DNA of 64,000 nucleotides from positions 32,001 to 96,000 of the forward strand of contig CAWCBP010000002.1 in assembly GCA_963793865.1 (NCBI GenBank). The letters run 5' to 3'. The notes below the pieces were generated by a model that was not told where the DNA came from, did no database searches, and was given only the letters and a program-made list of their open reading frames with translations. Of the stretch, positions 42,601 to 53,052 are shown piece by piece. The position numbers were made by a program, and so were the translations under genes. Position 1 is the stretch's first letter. Each line of letters begins with the position of its first letter. Source of the stretch: an uncultured delta proteobacterium (GTDB lineage Bacteria; Desulfobacterota; WTBG01).

Positions 42601-45370
42601 TGCGTGCAATCGCATCCAGACCGGAGAGGGCCTCGTAGGGAAGACAGGCGAGCGTAAATGCTGCCTGAGCGAAGTGCCGGCCGGTCGAGCGGACTGCGGC
42701 GGCGAGATGTTGAATCAGCAGCACATCACCCGCCTTCTGAAACATTTCCTGCGTGGAGGCAATCAGGGGAGGAATCAGGATGGTTCCGATCACCACCAGC
42801 GTCCACAGCCAGTGCGGTGACAGCACCGTACATCCCAGGAGCAAAAGCAGTGTTAATGCCAGGGGAACAAGACTGCGCCGGAGGTTGTCGAAGATCTTCC
42901 AGCGGGACAGGAGAGAGAGCGGGTTCTTCCGGCGGGTTGAGCCCGGGCCGGGCACACCCGGAAACAGCCAGCGCGCAATCTGCCAGTCCCCGCGAATCCA
43001 GCGGTGCCGGCGGCTTACGTCCGCGCTGTAGCGCTCGGGATATTCCTCGTACACCATGACATCACTTAACAATCCTGTTCGCGCGTGGCACCCTTCCAGC
43101 AGATCATGGCTGAGAATGCGGTTGTCGGGAAACCGCCCGTTCAGTGCCCGTTCAAAAACATCAACGTCATATACCCCCTTGCCGATGAATGAGCCCTCGC
43201 CGAACACGTCCTGATACACATCAGAGACGGCGCGGGTGTAAGGGTCAATACCGGGCTCGCCCCCCCACAGTTGCGCATAGCGGGACCGGTTCATGCCCGG
43301 CAGGCTCCCCGCCACGCGGGGCTGAAGGATGCCGTATCCCTCGGTGACACGCTGCCGGTCTCTGTCATAGCGCGCGCGATTCAGCGGATGAGCCATGGCT
43401 CCAACCAGCTGCCATGCCGAGTCACGCGGCAGCTGGGTATCGGTGTCAAGGGTTATCACATACTTCACGCTCGATAAGACGGTCGTCTCACCGACAATGA
43501 GTGAGAAGCGCTCTCCCGGGTCGCCGCGCAGCAGCGCATTTAAGTCTGCAAGCTTTCCCCGCTTACGCTCGTAACCCATCCACATCCGCTCCTGTTGATT
43601 CCATCGGCGCGGGCGATGAAAGAGGAAGAAGGCGGTGCGCTGCGCATCAGGGTACTTTTCATTAAGCGCGTCAATGCTGTGCCGTGCCAGCTGCAGCAAT
43701 GACTCATCTTCCGGCATCGTCTCCCGGGGCGCATCGCGGAAATCAGTGAGCAGGCCGAAATGCAGATGCTCGTCCCGGTTGGCAAGGAACCGGACTTCAA
43801 GTGCCTCGGCCAGTTTTTCGATGTTTTGAGCGCTCGTGAGCATGGTCGGGATCACCACCAGCGCGCGCGATTCCGGCGGAATGCCTTCAGAGAAGTCCAT
43901 TCGAGGCAGGGGGTGCGGCTTCACCAGCATCGTGGCCAGCCAGTTCACCAGCGCAACCGCCAGCTGACTTGCACACAGCAGCGAAAGAATGCCGGTCAAT
44001 CCGAGGAGCCAATGCGGTATGCCGCCGGCCTGCGCTTGTACCAGTAAGCCCCCGGTAAGAATCGCCGTGATCAGTGTAATCCCGCCGAGATAGATGAACA
44101 AAGGGGATTGGCAGCACATTCGCTGCAGGGCCTCAAGGGCAGACAGGCGCATCTCCGCTGCCCGTTCGAGCTGCGGCACTCCCCTGTCAATCAGATAGAA
44201 CCCGACATGTGCGGCACGATGGTCTCCGTCTTCCCCGGCAGCGGCCTCCCGGGCCAGATGGACAGCTTTGAGCGCCACCTCCCCTTCGGACAGCCGGCTG
44301 CTTTTGGCGGTTTTCTCCACACTATGACGGTAGCGGTCACGGCTGGCAAAATCCATCCTGCCATAGACTCCCGCGGGGTCGTCACGCAGCACCTGCTCGA
44401 CAATGCTCATCGTCTCGACAAACTCGCGCCAGTCAATCGCCCCCAGAAACCGGAGGCTGCCGATGCTGTTGCTCACGGAAACCTGGTCGGCAGCCTGCTG
44501 CTGGTTCTCCGACCGCACCAACTGCTCGATCGACAGGCCGGACTCGGAGAGGCGCTGCTCAATCCAGGTAAGCGGTAATGCCAAAGCGGGACTCTGTCCC
44601 TGCAACCGGCGCGCAAACTCCGCGACAAACGAGCTCACCATCGGCGGGCCTGACCGGGCCATGTCCGCAATCACCAGAATCAGGCTCTTCGGATCCTTCT
44701 CGGCAATCTCCGTCATCTGATCCGCCCAGTAATCCGCAAGGTTGCGGTCGATCCGGTCGGCGGTAATCCGCGCCCCAACGCGCCGGAGGTTCTCGATCAG
44801 CGCCAGGCGCAGCATGATAGGAATCGCCCACAGCTCGCCCAGCTTCAGCGGGGTAACCGTCTGGTAGGCTGCAACGAAACTGCCCAGACTTTCCAGATCC
44901 ACCCGTCCATCACCGTGTGCGATCGTCTCCAGAGCAATGTCATACACCCGGGGAAGCCCGGCAGACGGGCCGTGCAGCAGGCGCGGAAGTCCCTGGCTAT
45001 ATCCCTTTGGCAGGTGCCGCTTGGCCGTGCGAATCTGTTCCTCGATGAGATAGAAGTTGTCGAGCAGCCATTCCCCGGCCGGTGCAATCCGGCGGTTTGC
45101 CGTGACCGCCGCCGTCAGCAGATTGCAGGTTCCAACCAGAACACCTTCATTTTCAGCCAACCTGGTGAGCAGTCTGTCCTGAGCACGTCCCAGTGCTATC
45201 CTGTGCGAGGCCGCCAGGGCCTTGCCATGCTGTTTCATCTGGTCGCTGCTGAACAGTTCATCCCGGAGCGGTGCCTCGACATTGGCATACTTTTGTGCCA
45301 GACCCTTTCTGCGGTAGTTCGCCCACACATGGAGCACCTTCCCGAAAATGATCTTTTTGCTAAACTTCAA
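36629..45370 (-). CDS. ndvB: Cyclic beta-1,2-glucan synthase (Cgs/NdvB/ChvB-type) with C-terminal GH94 domain; exact start uncertain
   Basis: ~2900 aa; EWLLDNFY, GYERKRGKL, SHDLLEG, RWIRGDWQ, SWSGSMFEYLMP, GDWNDGMN, RENGGQYTH. Confidence 0.93.
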   Translation of the reverse strand: MKFSKKIIFGKVLHVWANYRRKGLAQKYANVEAPLRDELFSSDQMKQHGKALAASHRIALGRAQDRLLTRLAENEGVLVGTCNLLTAAVTANRRIAPAGEWLLDNFYLIEEQIRTAKRHLPKGYSQGLPRLLHGPSAGLPRVYDIALETIAHGDGRVDLESLGSFVAAYQTVTPLKLGELWAIPIMLRLALIENLRRVGARITADRIDRNLADYWADQMTEIAEKDPKSLILVIADMARSGPPMVSSFVAEFARRLQGQSPALALPLTWIEQRLSESGLSIEQLVRSENQQQAADQVSVSNSIGSLRFLGAIDWREFVETMSIVEQVLRDDPAGVYGRMDFASRDRYRHSVEKTAKSSRLSEGEVALKAVHLAREAAAGEDGDHRAAHVGFYLIDRGVPQLERAAEMRLSALEALQRMCCQSPLFIYLGGITLITAILTGGLLVQAQAGGIPHWLLGLTGILSLLCASQLAVALVNWLATMLVKPHPLPRMDFSEGIPPESRALVVIPTMLTSAQNIEKLAEALEVRFLANRDEHLHFGLLTDFRDAPRETMPEDESLLQLARHSIDALNEKYPDAQRTAFFLFHRPRRWNQQERMWMGYERKRGKLADLNALLRGDPGERFSLIVGETTVLSSVKYVITLDTDTQLPRDSAWQLVGAMAHPLNRARYDRDRQRVTEGYGILQPRVAGSLPGMNRSRYAQLWGGEPGIDPYTRAVSDVYQDVFGEGSFIGKGVYDVDVFERALNGRFPDNRILSHDLLEGCHARTGLLSDVMVYEEYPERYSADVSRRHRWIRGDWQIARWLFPGVPGPGSTRRKNPLSLLSRWKIFDNLRRSLVPLALTLLLLLGCTVLSPHWLWTLVVIGTILIPPLIASTQEMFQKAGDVLLIQHLAAAVRSTGRHFAQAAFTLACLPYEALSGLDAIARTAWRMTVTHKRLLEWSPSGDPDRTGRTILAAFCQTMWVAPVTALISGFYLALSKPAALGMAGPVLILWFASPALAWWFSRSLTRRRAQLTPDQIIFLRKLSRKTWAFFETFVGPEDHWLPPDNYQEHPAPVVGHRTSPTNMGLALLSNLSAYDFGYIVAGELIERTAGTLRTMEGLERHRGHFYNWYDTLSLQPLPPLYVSTVDSGNLAGHLLTLRPGLCALPDHTILGERLFEGLRDTLMILLDAAGGTASAQLAQLQKDLESACESRPVTLTAMRLCLGRLTASAADVSARIDAGPESQAARWAHALARQCQAALDELRFLAPWTVLPLSQDLLSESYGFDTIPTLRGLAGLEQELLPAIENRHDSDTTPAARERFDQFRQFIVTGSRRAASRIAAIEQLAQQAGELARIEYEFLYDRARHLLSIGYNVGERRPDSGYYDLLASEARLCCFVGVAQGRLPQESWFALGRLLTGAGGGQILLSWSGSMFEYLMPLLVMPSYENTLLDQTCKEAVERQIDYGKKRGVPWGISESGYNTIDAQLNYQYRAFGVPGLGLRRGLAEDLVVAPYASALALMVSPEEACLNLQRLAGDGFEGNYGFYEAIDYTPSRLPRGQSRAVVRSFMVHHQGMSFLALASLLLDRPMQKRFESDPSFQATALLLQERIPKAAALYAHTAAELSGLRAASGVPETPVRVLSSPHTPIPEVQLLSNGRYHVMITNAGGGYSRWNDMAVTRWHEDITCDNRGTFCYISDPVSGEFWSTTYQPARKLSETYEVIFSESRAEFRCRKNGFDMHTEIAVSPEDDIELRRIHITNRSRAARTIDVTSYAEVVLAAPAADALHPAFSNLFVQTEIIRQRRAILCTRRPRSLDELTPWMFHLMAVHGTDTVDSSYETDRLKFIGRGNALDNPRAMSDPAALSGSQGSVLDPIVAIRHRIKLDPNGSATVNIVSGIGTTRDAAMTLVEKYQDRRLADRVFDLAWTHSQVALRQINATEADAQLYGHLAGPVLYAHSSMRADPGLITRNRRGQSGLWGYSISGDLPIVLLQISDPAHMALVRQLVQAHAYWRLRGLAVDLVIWNEDHAGYRQMLHDQIMGLISAGVQANFTDKAGGIFVRPGDQISNEDRMLLQSVARAIITDSRGSLVDQVNRSAPVEATVPRLTTTRSHRAESPAAHTVPDRDLIFFNGLGGFTPDGREYVITTAPGNETPAPWANVLSNPNFGTVISESGCAYTWAENAHEFRLTPWYNDPVSDASGEAFYLRDEESGHFWSPTPLPVRSLQPYVSRHGFGYSVFEHTEDGIRSELWTYVAPDASIKFTVLKLRNNSGRPRRLSATGYVEWVLGDLRSKSAMHVVTEFDPVSGALFARNSYNTGFADRVAFFDADDATRTVSGNRTEFLGRNGSLRNPAAMTRSRLSGRIGAALDPCSAVQVAFELAPGQEREVVFTLGVGRGAGDAGSLVQRFLSPGAARSTLEAVWQYWNHTLGAVQVETPDQSINALANGWLLYQTIACRLWARSGYYQSGGAFGFRDQLQDVMALVYAQPDLVRGHLLRCAAHQFREGDVQHWWHPPSGRGVRTHCSDDYLWLPLAACRYVLSTGDAGVLDETLHFLEGRPVNEEEDSYYDLPGRSEEGASLYQHCVRAILRGLRYGAHGLPLIGSGDWNDGMNLVGEHGTGESVWLGFFLYDVLMRFAEVARLRGDVPFAERCHREAAQLRGNIEQHGWDGDWYRRAYFDDGSPLGSAGNPECRIDSIAQSWSVLSGAGDAGRSRMAMEAVDKRLVSREHALIRLLEPPFDTSDLNPGYIKGYVPGVRENGGQYTHGAIWSVMAFAASGDSRRAWELLSMINPVNHAKSPEGIATYKVEPYVVAADVYALPPHAGRGGWTWYTGSAGWMYRLIVESLLGLRLVKDKLRFAPCLPEDWEMFTVHYRYCETVYHIAVLVTHNGNDGMRVTVDGVEQHDKAITLVDDHQEHTVEVSIPAASCRKALQH

Positions 45371-45937
45371 GGTTCACGTCTCCTCGGATTAAAAAGCACG
45401 TGCAGGGAGGCAAGGCCCATACTATGCTTTTATATCAGTCTTTGTTTGATGTGCAGGTATATTCAGCACCCTGCAAAACATAAGGTGTGTCTAAAATGAT
45501 GAGGCATAAGAGAGAGGCTGGGTATAGTGTGCTGACGTCTTTATGGTCGGGATGCCGTATTGATGGTAATTGATAAGAACGTGTTGTGATGGTGTAAGTA
45601 TATGAAAGTTCCTCCAGCATGTCAATAACACCTTTTATTGGCACACCGTAGAGAGGGAACCCTTCAATATCACTCAGCTTGAAATCGCTGACATGCCATG
45701 GTAGATTGCGGTGTAAAATCTGCATTAGATATAGCTGTACTTTTAATCCATAGAGAGTAGCATAGAAACGATGAAGTATGTAACACGACAATAGTACTAG
45801 GATGCCCCCTCACCCTAATCCTCTCCCCAGGGGGAGAGGATATGAGAGTGAGAGGGAAAACAAAGTACTGAAACCAATTTTCATGCTTCATAGTGCCCTC
45901 ACAGGGCATGGGGGTTTGTTTAAAAAAAGGAGAAGCA

Positions 45938-46687
45938 ATGATACCTTATCTTGTTACTGTTTTAATCTTTATATTTATTCTGTCCCAGGTTGTTAAAATT
46001 TTGAATGAATATGAAAGGGGCGTTATATTTCGTTTGGGACGGCTCATTCCTTCCAAGGGGCCCGGTATAATTCTTCTGATTCCTTTTATTGATAAGCTTC
46101 AAAGATTGAGCCTCAGACTGGTAACGCTAGATGTTCCCCCGCAGGATGTCATTACCAGAGATAATGTTTCCATTAAGGTAAACGCTGTTTTGTACTATCG
46201 CATTATGGATCCAAACCGTACCGTGGTGGAGGTTGCAGACTATGCCTATGCCACTTCGCAGCTTGCACAAACCACACTGAGAAGTGTCTGCGGACAGGCA
46301 GAACTGGATGAGCTTCTGTCGGAAAGGGAAAAAATAAGCCTTCGCCTGCAGGAAATACTGGATAAGGAAACGGACCCATGGGGAATCAAGGTTTCAAAAG
46401 TAGAGCTGAAGCACATTGATTTACCAACAGAGATGCAGCGGGCAATGGCAAAACAGGCCGAAGCAGAAAGGGAAAGGAGGGCAAAGGTAATTCACGCTGA
46501 AGGAGAGTACCAGGCCTCTCAAAAACTCTCCGAGGCTGCGGTCATTATTTCAAAAGATCCCACTGCTTTGCAATTGCGTTATTTACAAACCCTTTCCGAA
46601 ATAGCCACTGAGAACAATTCGACTATAGTTTTTCCCATACCGATTGACCTTTTCAGACCTTTCTTGAAAAAGATTGAAAAGGGGTAA
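45938..46687 (+). CDS. SPFH/band 7 (stomatin-like) protein
   Basis: [41 protein letters not shown]. Confidence 0.95.
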   Translation: MIPYLVTVLIFIFILSQVVKILNEYERGVIFRLGRLIPSKGPGIILLIPFIDKLQRLSLRLVTLDVPPQDVITRDNVSIKVNAVLYYRIMDPNRTVVEVADYAYATSQLAQTTLRSVCGQAELDELLSEREKISLRLQEILDKETDPWGIKVSKVELKHIDLPTEMQRAMAKQAEAERERRAKVIHAEGEYQASQKLSEAAVIISKDPTALQLRYLQTLSEIATENNSTIVFPIPIDLFRPFLKKIEKG

Positions 46688-46898
46688 GAAATAGCTCCTG
46701 CCTTTGATTTGTCTATATATTGTGCGTGTTCATTTTAGGCGTAAAGTGTGACTTACTAAATCACGCCAACCATAAATGTGAAAATATCAACATTACCTGA
46801 AGCGCACCAAACATTTACACTTAAGACGACTGCTGACAGTAGCGGATAAGATTTTTCCCTAAATAATGGAATTGTCTTTGGTGGCAAAGGATATTAAC

Positions 46899-47570
46899 AT
46901 GCCCAGGGATTACTACATTATTTTAGGTGTGAGCAGAGATGCTGCTTTAGTCAAGATTAAACGGGCGTATCGCAGGGCCGTAAAGAGGTACCATCCCGAT
47001 GTAACAGGCTTGAGAGAAGGTGCGGAAAAGTTTAAGAAAATTAAGGAGGCCTATGAAACCCTGCAAGATGAAGAGAAGAGAAAGAGCTATGATGAAGAAT
47101 TAGCGAGAGAGCGCTCACCATTTCGCATCACTGAAGTACCTTCTCTGGTGAAGAGGAGGACTTCCCTTTTTGATGAGATCGATACCTTTTCCTCCCGAGC
47201 TGACGATTTTTTTTCAGGATTCCTTCCCGGTTTTTTCGATCGGGGGAAGGAAAAGAGAATAGAGAAAGATCTGTATCTCGATCTCACCCTCTCCTCTAGA
47301 GAAGCCGCAGAAGGTGGTCTTTTCCCCATTACGGTTCCTGTGATAGAACGCTGCCCTCGATGCAGCAGAAGTGGTTTTTGGGATGATTTTATATGTCCTC
47401 TGTGTAAAGGCTGCGGAAGAATAAGATCTGAGAGAGAGTTTGGTCTGAGTGTGCCACCACGGGTTAAGCACGGAACAGAGATAAAACTTTCCATGGAAGA
47501 TATTGGGTTGAGGGATAGCTATCTAAATATTACCGTTCTGATTGATCCAACATTCAAAGAGGAATGGTAA
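46899..47570 (+). CDS. DnaJ-domain protein with partial zinc finger
   Basis: DYYIILGV...YHPD; CPRCSRSG and CPLCKGCG. Confidence 0.88.
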   Translation: MPRDYYIILGVSRDAALVKIKRAYRRAVKRYHPDVTGLREGAEKFKKIKEAYETLQDEEKRKSYDEELARERSPFRITEVPSLVKRRTSLFDEIDTFSSRADDFFSGFLPGFFDRGKEKRIEKDLYLDLTLSSREAAEGGLFPITVPVIERCPRCSRSGFWDDFICPLCKGCGRIRSEREFGLSVPPRVKHGTEIKLSMEDIGLRDSYLNITVLIDPTFKEEW

Positions 47571-47717
47571 AGATATTGATAACGCCTTAGATGAATTGGA
47601 GAGATTGATTGTGACTAAACATAAAGAAGCATATTACATTGTTGATACCCAAATGCTTATTTTATAGGAGAGACAACTCATTGTTTGGGGGTTCCGTATC
47701 GGTTTTCCTGCCGAACG

Positions 47718-48122
47718 CTACTCGGCAAAGTACTTTCGAACCTTCGCCGCGATCTGACGAGCCGTCATCTTGTCAACTGTTTCAATACCTACTACGCGCC
47801 CACCGAGGTTATTTTTTTCAAGACGTTTCTTCAGTTCATCCTTTGCCTTACCAGGACCAAATATCAGAATGGACTCTGCATTACGAATACACCCCATGAC
47901 CGCATCATAGTAAATGTTGAGATGTTGCGTATACGTTCTTTGGCGTCGATCATCCGAGGGTACCTGCTGTGATTCATAGGAACCCTTAAGAGGCGAATCA
48001 CCAGAACGCCGGAGCTGTTTTTCTGCCATCGATATTATCAGTTGTGTTTCTTCACCCTTCTCCGTAACCGCCACGACAATAGCCTTCTCATGGTCAATCC
48101 ACAAACCCACTTTTGTTTTCAT
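47718..48122 (-). CDS. Conserved protein, eRF1/baeRF-like fold (host-attachment-like)
   Basis: VGLWIDHEKA...ILIFGPGKAKDEL...ETVDKMTARQIAAKVRKYF. Confidence 0.7.
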   Translation of the reverse strand: MKTKVGLWIDHEKAIVVAVTEKGEETQLIISMAEKQLRRSGDSPLKGSYESQQVPSDDRRQRTYTQHLNIYYDAVMGCIRNAESILIFGPGKAKDELKKRLEKNNLGGRVVGIETVDKMTARQIAAKVRKYFAE

Positions 48123-48193
48123 CGATATCTCCTTTGTCTACAGGTTCAAACGAATGACCGCGGGCATGCACGTGTTGGCGGTTTGCTCCTCCC

Positions 48194-49096
48194 CTATTGC
48201 ATCAACAGCAGACTCAGGGCCATCATGACCATGCCGCCAATGAGTCCGAAAATGCTTTCGTGTCCCCTGCCGTAAGCCCGACTGGTTGGCAGCAGTTCAT
48301 CCAGACTGATGTAGACCATGATGCCTGCTATCGCGCCAAAGAGAATGCCCATCACCTGGGAAGGGAAAACCCCACTTTCATTCCCCACCATAACGCGCAG
48401 AGCCAGGTAGGCGATCCCTGCCCCGAAAGGTTCGGCCAAACCGCTCAGGAGGGAGTACATGAACGCCTTCCTGCGATTGCCGGTAGCGTAAAAGATGGGC
48501 ACCGAGACACTTATCCCTTCAGGGATGTTGTGCAGAGCAATCGCTATCGCAATGGCTACGCCCAGGCCCGGGTCATGCAGGGCCGCAAGGAATGTGGCCA
48601 GCCCTTCCGGGAAGTTGTGGATCGCAATTGCCAGTGCGGTGAACAGACCCATGCGCAGAAGCTTTTTCTGATGCGCACCATGGTCGTGGACGCCGTGAGT
48701 CACCTCCAGATCAGCCTGAACAACCGCATCGAAATCCGGCAGGGGGGCGGTGGGGTCGCGGAGTGGTGCGATCTCCTTTTCCGTATGCGTCTCATGCGGA
48801 TTCTCGGCCGTTGGTATCAGGTTGTCGATGATGCCGATCAGAAACATCCCGCCAAAAAAGGATGCCGCATTGATCCAGTGCCCCCAGTAATCTCCGTAAG
48901 CCTCTGCCAGCGCATCAGCTCCCTTGTAGAAGATTTCTACGAAAGCAACGTAGAGCATGACGCCGGCTGAGAAGCCTGTTGACGCCGACAGGAACCGATA
49001 GTTGGCCCTCTTGGCAAAGAATGCAATTATGCTGCCGAAGCCTGTTGCCAGGCCGGCGAGAACCGTCAACCCAAGTGCAAACCAGACATGCGTCAT
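48194..49096 (-). CDS. zupT: ZIP-family zinc transporter
   Basis: [33 protein letters not shown]. Confidence 0.93.
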   Translation of the reverse strand: MTHVWFALGLTVLAGLATGFGSIIAFFAKRANYRFLSASTGFSAGVMLYVAFVEIFYKGADALAEAYGDYWGHWINAASFFGGMFLIGIIDNLIPTAENPHETHTEKEIAPLRDPTAPLPDFDAVVQADLEVTHGVHDHGAHQKKLLRMGLFTALAIAIHNFPEGLATFLAALHDPGLGVAIAIAIALHNIPEGISVSVPIFYATGNRRKAFMYSLLSGLAEPFGAGIAYLALRVMVGNESGVFPSQVMGILFGAIAGIMVYISLDELLPTSRAYGRGHESIFGLIGGMVMMALSLLLMQ

Positions 49097-49662
49097 GGCA
49101 TTTTACTCTCCGGGCACCTAACCTGATGGTGTATTTTTCTAATCACGATTTTCTTTCTCAAATTTTGTACCTGCGAAGATTAGTATCAATAATTTTGAAT
49201 TTATCTAACAATCGCATGGCAACGTCAACTATACCCCCGCCATCTCCAAGGGCTTCTTTGCCGATTTCATTGGGAAATTTTTCCATTAAATATTTACCCA
49301 GCCTGTCAATTTCATTATCCGCACGCATGTTGCCTCCCGATCACAGGACTCATTCCCGGCTTCTGAATTTACTCTTTACTCTTATAACATCACTTCTTGC
49401 TCCTGTCTTGGGTTATCTTCTCTCTCTTTCCATGCCCGGCACAAGCCTGATAAAGCTTTGCCCATATAACATCATTCAACAACCCGGTTTATGTATCAGG
49501 AATGAGCACACACACTATGTGAAAACACCACAGCAAAAGGCAGAGCCAAGTAAGACCCTGCCTTTTTAAAACTGTGTAGCGGGTCCAGGTAGCAATTCCC
49601 CTGTACCTCTTATTTTTATCCTGACCGGGAAGGTATGTTCCCGGTCATTTCTTTCAGCCTGC

Positions 49663-50169
49663 TTACTTAGGTAGCATCACCGCGTCGATTACGTGAATAA
49701 CACCGTTGGTACACATAATGTCCGTTTTAGTAACCTTCGCCTTGTCTACCATGACCGTACCATCTTTCACCATAATGGTTGCGGTTTGGCCGTTCACTGT
49801 TTTTGCTGATGTCAACTTTACCACGTCAGCTGCCATAACTTTACCTGCAACCACATGGTAGGTGAGAATCCCCTGCAATTTTGCCTTGTTTGCGGGTTTC
49901 AGCAGATCATCAAGGGTGCCGGCCGGGAGTTTGGCAAATGCCTCGTCAGTCGGGGCAAAAACCGTAAAGGGGCCTGCTCCTTTGAGTGTAGCTACTAAAT
50001 CCGCTGCCGTCAGCGCGGCGGCGAGGGTTTTGAATGAACCGGCAGCAATCGCAGTGTCAACGATGTCTTTCTGGTCTCCTGCGAAAGATGAATAAACCAA
50101 CCCTCCTGTGATCAATGTAACCATAAAAGCTGCAACTACAGATGACCGAAACAGATTTGATCTTTTCAT
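49663..50169 (-). CDS. Fasciclin (FAS1) domain protein
   Basis: [28 protein letters not shown]. Confidence 0.95.
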   Translation of the reverse strand: MKRSNLFRSSVVAAFMVTLITGGLVYSSFAGDQKDIVDTAIAAGSFKTLAAALTAADLVATLKGAGPFTVFAPTDEAFAKLPAGTLDDLLKPANKAKLQGILTYHVVAGKVMAADVVKLTSAKTVNGQTATIMVKDGTVMVDKAKVTKTDIMCTNGVIHVIDAVMLPK

Positions 50170-50410
50170 TTTTTTTCTCCTTGTTGCGGTTAGAATTAAT
50201 AACGACCTGCTGTTTCTCAATGCGTCACTCTATTCATAATTTTGTTCAGCACCTCCTCTGGTAAAAGATGAATTGCACTGTGTGGAACATTATTCTTCCG
50301 GCTGAGGAGTACGTTCCACCCTGTCTGCGTCAAAACCTATATTTACAACCCGACAGAGAATGTCTTCATAGACAGAATCGAGACAGCCGGGCACTGTGTA
50401 TCACCTTATT

Positions 50411-52534
50411 TTAATTGCCGAACAGTTTGTTGAGTCCCTTGCCGGCGTCCCTGAAGACACTTTCGGCGCCATCCGTAACCTTGCCAACCAGGCCTTTGTC
50501 GACCCTGACCCCTTTATGTGCGGCCTCGATGGCTGCAAGGCAGGAGTCTTCGTCATCTGAACTGCTGCCAACCAGTGCGGCGGCAATGCCGACCGGCCCA
50601 AATAGCAGTGCTCCGCCGATCGCCTTGCCGAAGGTGATTGCAGTTTGGGTCGGATCAACGGCGAGAGAGGGATGGGCAAGCGTGCCGCCCAGTTTGAAAG
50701 GGCTGGTTAAAGCGTTTAAACTTACATTGAGCTTGCCCGTATAACGGGTCCCGATACCTTCCTTGGGCACAGGCTTGAGGGACAGGTTAAGTCTTTCTGT
50801 CTTGAGATCGATCTCGCCCTCGCCAACCACAACCATGTATTCCGTGTTCAATGCGAGTGCGGTTGTGCTTGCCACCCCATCTTTAATATTGAAACCGCTG
50901 ACAAAGCAATTAATTGAAGTGCCTTGCGTATCCTTCCAGAATGGATTGAGGAGACGAAAGAGACTGGAACTGAGATCACCGCCAAGCATGTTGATATACG
51001 TGTTGTCGACCCTTCCCTTACCCATCACCAAAACCGTCGTACCATTGAGGCCTCCCATCATTCCTGCTATTGAGGTACCCTGGGCTCTGATGTCGATGTC
51101 TATATCAAGGCTTCCTTCGAGGCCTCCGGTACTTTTAAGTCCTTTCGTCAAATAGCTGACGTCAAGCTCATTGATTTTGAAGACCATTGCCAATGATGCG
51201 GCTTTCCCCCGGGATTGGAGAGAAAGCTGGCCATCCATGGAACCTTTTCCAAGAACTGCCTTGAGGGGTTTCACGGTAAGCGTTCCATCTTTGAGCACCA
51301 TGTCCATGTCCAGGCTGTTGAGAGGAAGATGCGGCAGCAGGACTTGAGCAGCATGGATCTTAACATCTGCATCGGCCTGTTTGAGGATTTCCAGCGGCAG
51401 AGGATGATCGGAAAAGATTCTGTCTTCCTTTCCGGCATCCGTGCTCAAAACCTTTGCCGTTTTCCCGGTGTCCGGACTCACCTCAAAATAGGGTCGAAGG
51501 TCCAATTTCTGTGCCACAAGCACTGCTGTCACCTTCGGCAGATTTTCAGTCACATGCAACGCAACCGAGCCACTGAGATCGTTTTCACCTTGTATGACCT
51601 TGAGGTTAGAAATCGAATAGGCATTATGTGCAGTATCCGCGATTCGGCCGGAGATATCGAATGGCCCCCCGAAAGGCAACCCCTCACCGGAAAATTGTTT
51701 GAGGCTTGCCAGGTCCTTACCCTTCAGCGTGAAATTTAATTCGATCCCAAGCCGGGCCAGTGGATCCTTAACTGTACCGTCAAGGGTGAGGGTGGCGTTT
51801 TCTGTCTTGACCGCAAGATTGACCGGCCAGGCCTTGTCAGGGTTGATGAAGGCTGTCAGAGGGCAGAAGGTGCCTGTGACTTCGAAAGACTCGTCATTAT
51901 ATGCCCCCTTTAACTTCAGCCTGGTCGGACTTGTGCTGCTTGCAGCGGTTGCCATGAGGGTGTCCACTGTCGCACCATATGTTTTTTTCAATTCGTGATC
52001 GATGTAATTGATTCGGCCCTTCTCTATCTGCAGTTCCTTGAAACTGCGTGCAGACAGTTTCCAATCGCCCCCGGCCTTCGTTTCGTCTTTTTCTTTCGCG
52101 AGGTCTTGTTTCTTAGCGGTTTCGAATGCGAGATTTGACGTGCCTGAGATGTCCCTTTCAAACAGGATTTCAGGTTCAATCAGGATCAGCCGTTTGACCT
52201 CGACTCGGCGAGAAAGCAGTGGAAGAAGCCTTACCTCTATTTCGAAGCGTTTGATCGTGGCCAGATTGGGCTGGGACCCCCAGGATGCGTTCTGGAAGCT
52301 TACATCTTTAACAACAAGCGCCGGTGTAAAGCCTGGTTTGAGACGTATGTCACCCCCCAAGGTTAACTCTCGCCCCGTGCCATCCTTGACCGCGTGCGTG
52401 ATTTCCGGCTTCAGGCCATTATAATCGTACCCTGACAGGATCAGGTAAACTGCCACATACAGTAACAGAATTGAGGCGGCAACAACTCCCAACACCCATT
52501 TCCACTTCACTGCGACTCCCCTTCTTTCCTGCAC
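50411..52534 (-). CDS. AsmA family protein
   Basis: N-terminal TM, TGRELTLGGDI, beta-rich body, INCFVSGFNIKDG, GTLAHP. Confidence 0.85.
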   Translation of the reverse strand: MQERRGVAVKWKWVLGVVAASILLLYVAVYLILSGYDYNGLKPEITHAVKDGTGRELTLGGDIRLKPGFTPALVVKDVSFQNASWGSQPNLATIKRFEIEVRLLPLLSRRVEVKRLILIEPEILFERDISGTSNLAFETAKKQDLAKEKDETKAGGDWKLSARSFKELQIEKGRINYIDHELKKTYGATVDTLMATAASSTSPTRLKLKGAYNDESFEVTGTFCPLTAFINPDKAWPVNLAVKTENATLTLDGTVKDPLARLGIELNFTLKGKDLASLKQFSGEGLPFGGPFDISGRIADTAHNAYSISNLKVIQGENDLSGSVALHVTENLPKVTAVLVAQKLDLRPYFEVSPDTGKTAKVLSTDAGKEDRIFSDHPLPLEILKQADADVKIHAAQVLLPHLPLNSLDMDMVLKDGTLTVKPLKAVLGKGSMDGQLSLQSRGKAASLAMVFKINELDVSYLTKGLKSTGGLEGSLDIDIDIRAQGTSIAGMMGGLNGTTVLVMGKGRVDNTYINMLGGDLSSSLFRLLNPFWKDTQGTSINCFVSGFNIKDGVASTTALALNTEYMVVVGEGEIDLKTERLNLSLKPVPKEGIGTRYTGKLNVSLNALTSPFKLGGTLAHPSLAVDPTQTAITFGKAIGGALLFGPVGIAAALVGSSSDDEDSCLAAIEAAHKGVRVDKGLVGKVTDGAESVFRDAGKGLNKLFGN

Positions 52535-52662
52535 GACTAAATAATTCCTTCCACGGACTTAGACGAAGGATAGCCTACACCTGATGTGCACTTCCCTCCT
52601 CTAACTGCACTCATTAACGCTGCTGCACATGGTTTTAAAACTTTTATTTTACGGGCAGCTCT

Positions 52663-53052
52663 TTAATAGGTCGTGGGCGGCATTGTCTGTTCGCGCCGAG
52701 TAGTGGGAGACTGTGAATTACCCACATCACCTTCAACATGCCAGGATCCATAGCTAAAGAGAATAAGCGACCACCAGGAGGAATCTACAATGGGATTGAT
52801 AATAAAATCTCCCTTCCCATTTTCCAGGCAGGTGTTGACAGCATCCTCAAGTGTTGGATTGCCGCCAAATGGAATAAACAGGATCCATAAACGGCTGTCG
52901 CTGCCCTTCTGATTACGGGCAACATCTGTTTCTTTTAAATCAATGCGGCTCAGCTCAACGTGTTTGGTTGAAAGCACGGTAAACCCCGTCTGGCGAACAG
53001 TACAGCCAAATGCAAGAAAACTGATCACAAAAAGAATAGTTAGTTTTTTCAT
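52663..53052 (-). CDS. Putative lipoprotein
   Basis: MKKL..LAFGC lipobox. Confidence 0.7.
   Translation of the reverse strand: MKKLTILFVISFLAFGCTVRQTGFTVLSTKHVELSRIDLKETDVARNQKGSDSRLWILFIPFGGNPTLEDAVNTCLENGKGDFIINPIVDSSWWSLILFSYGSWHVEGDVGNSQSPTTRREQTMPPTTY

Noticed and set aside
32038..45499. Many long plus-strand ORFs opposite the RND and cgs genes (also 48197-48970 and 56415-57122)
   Set aside because: Antisense shadows expected in GC-rich coding DNA; no recognisable motifs
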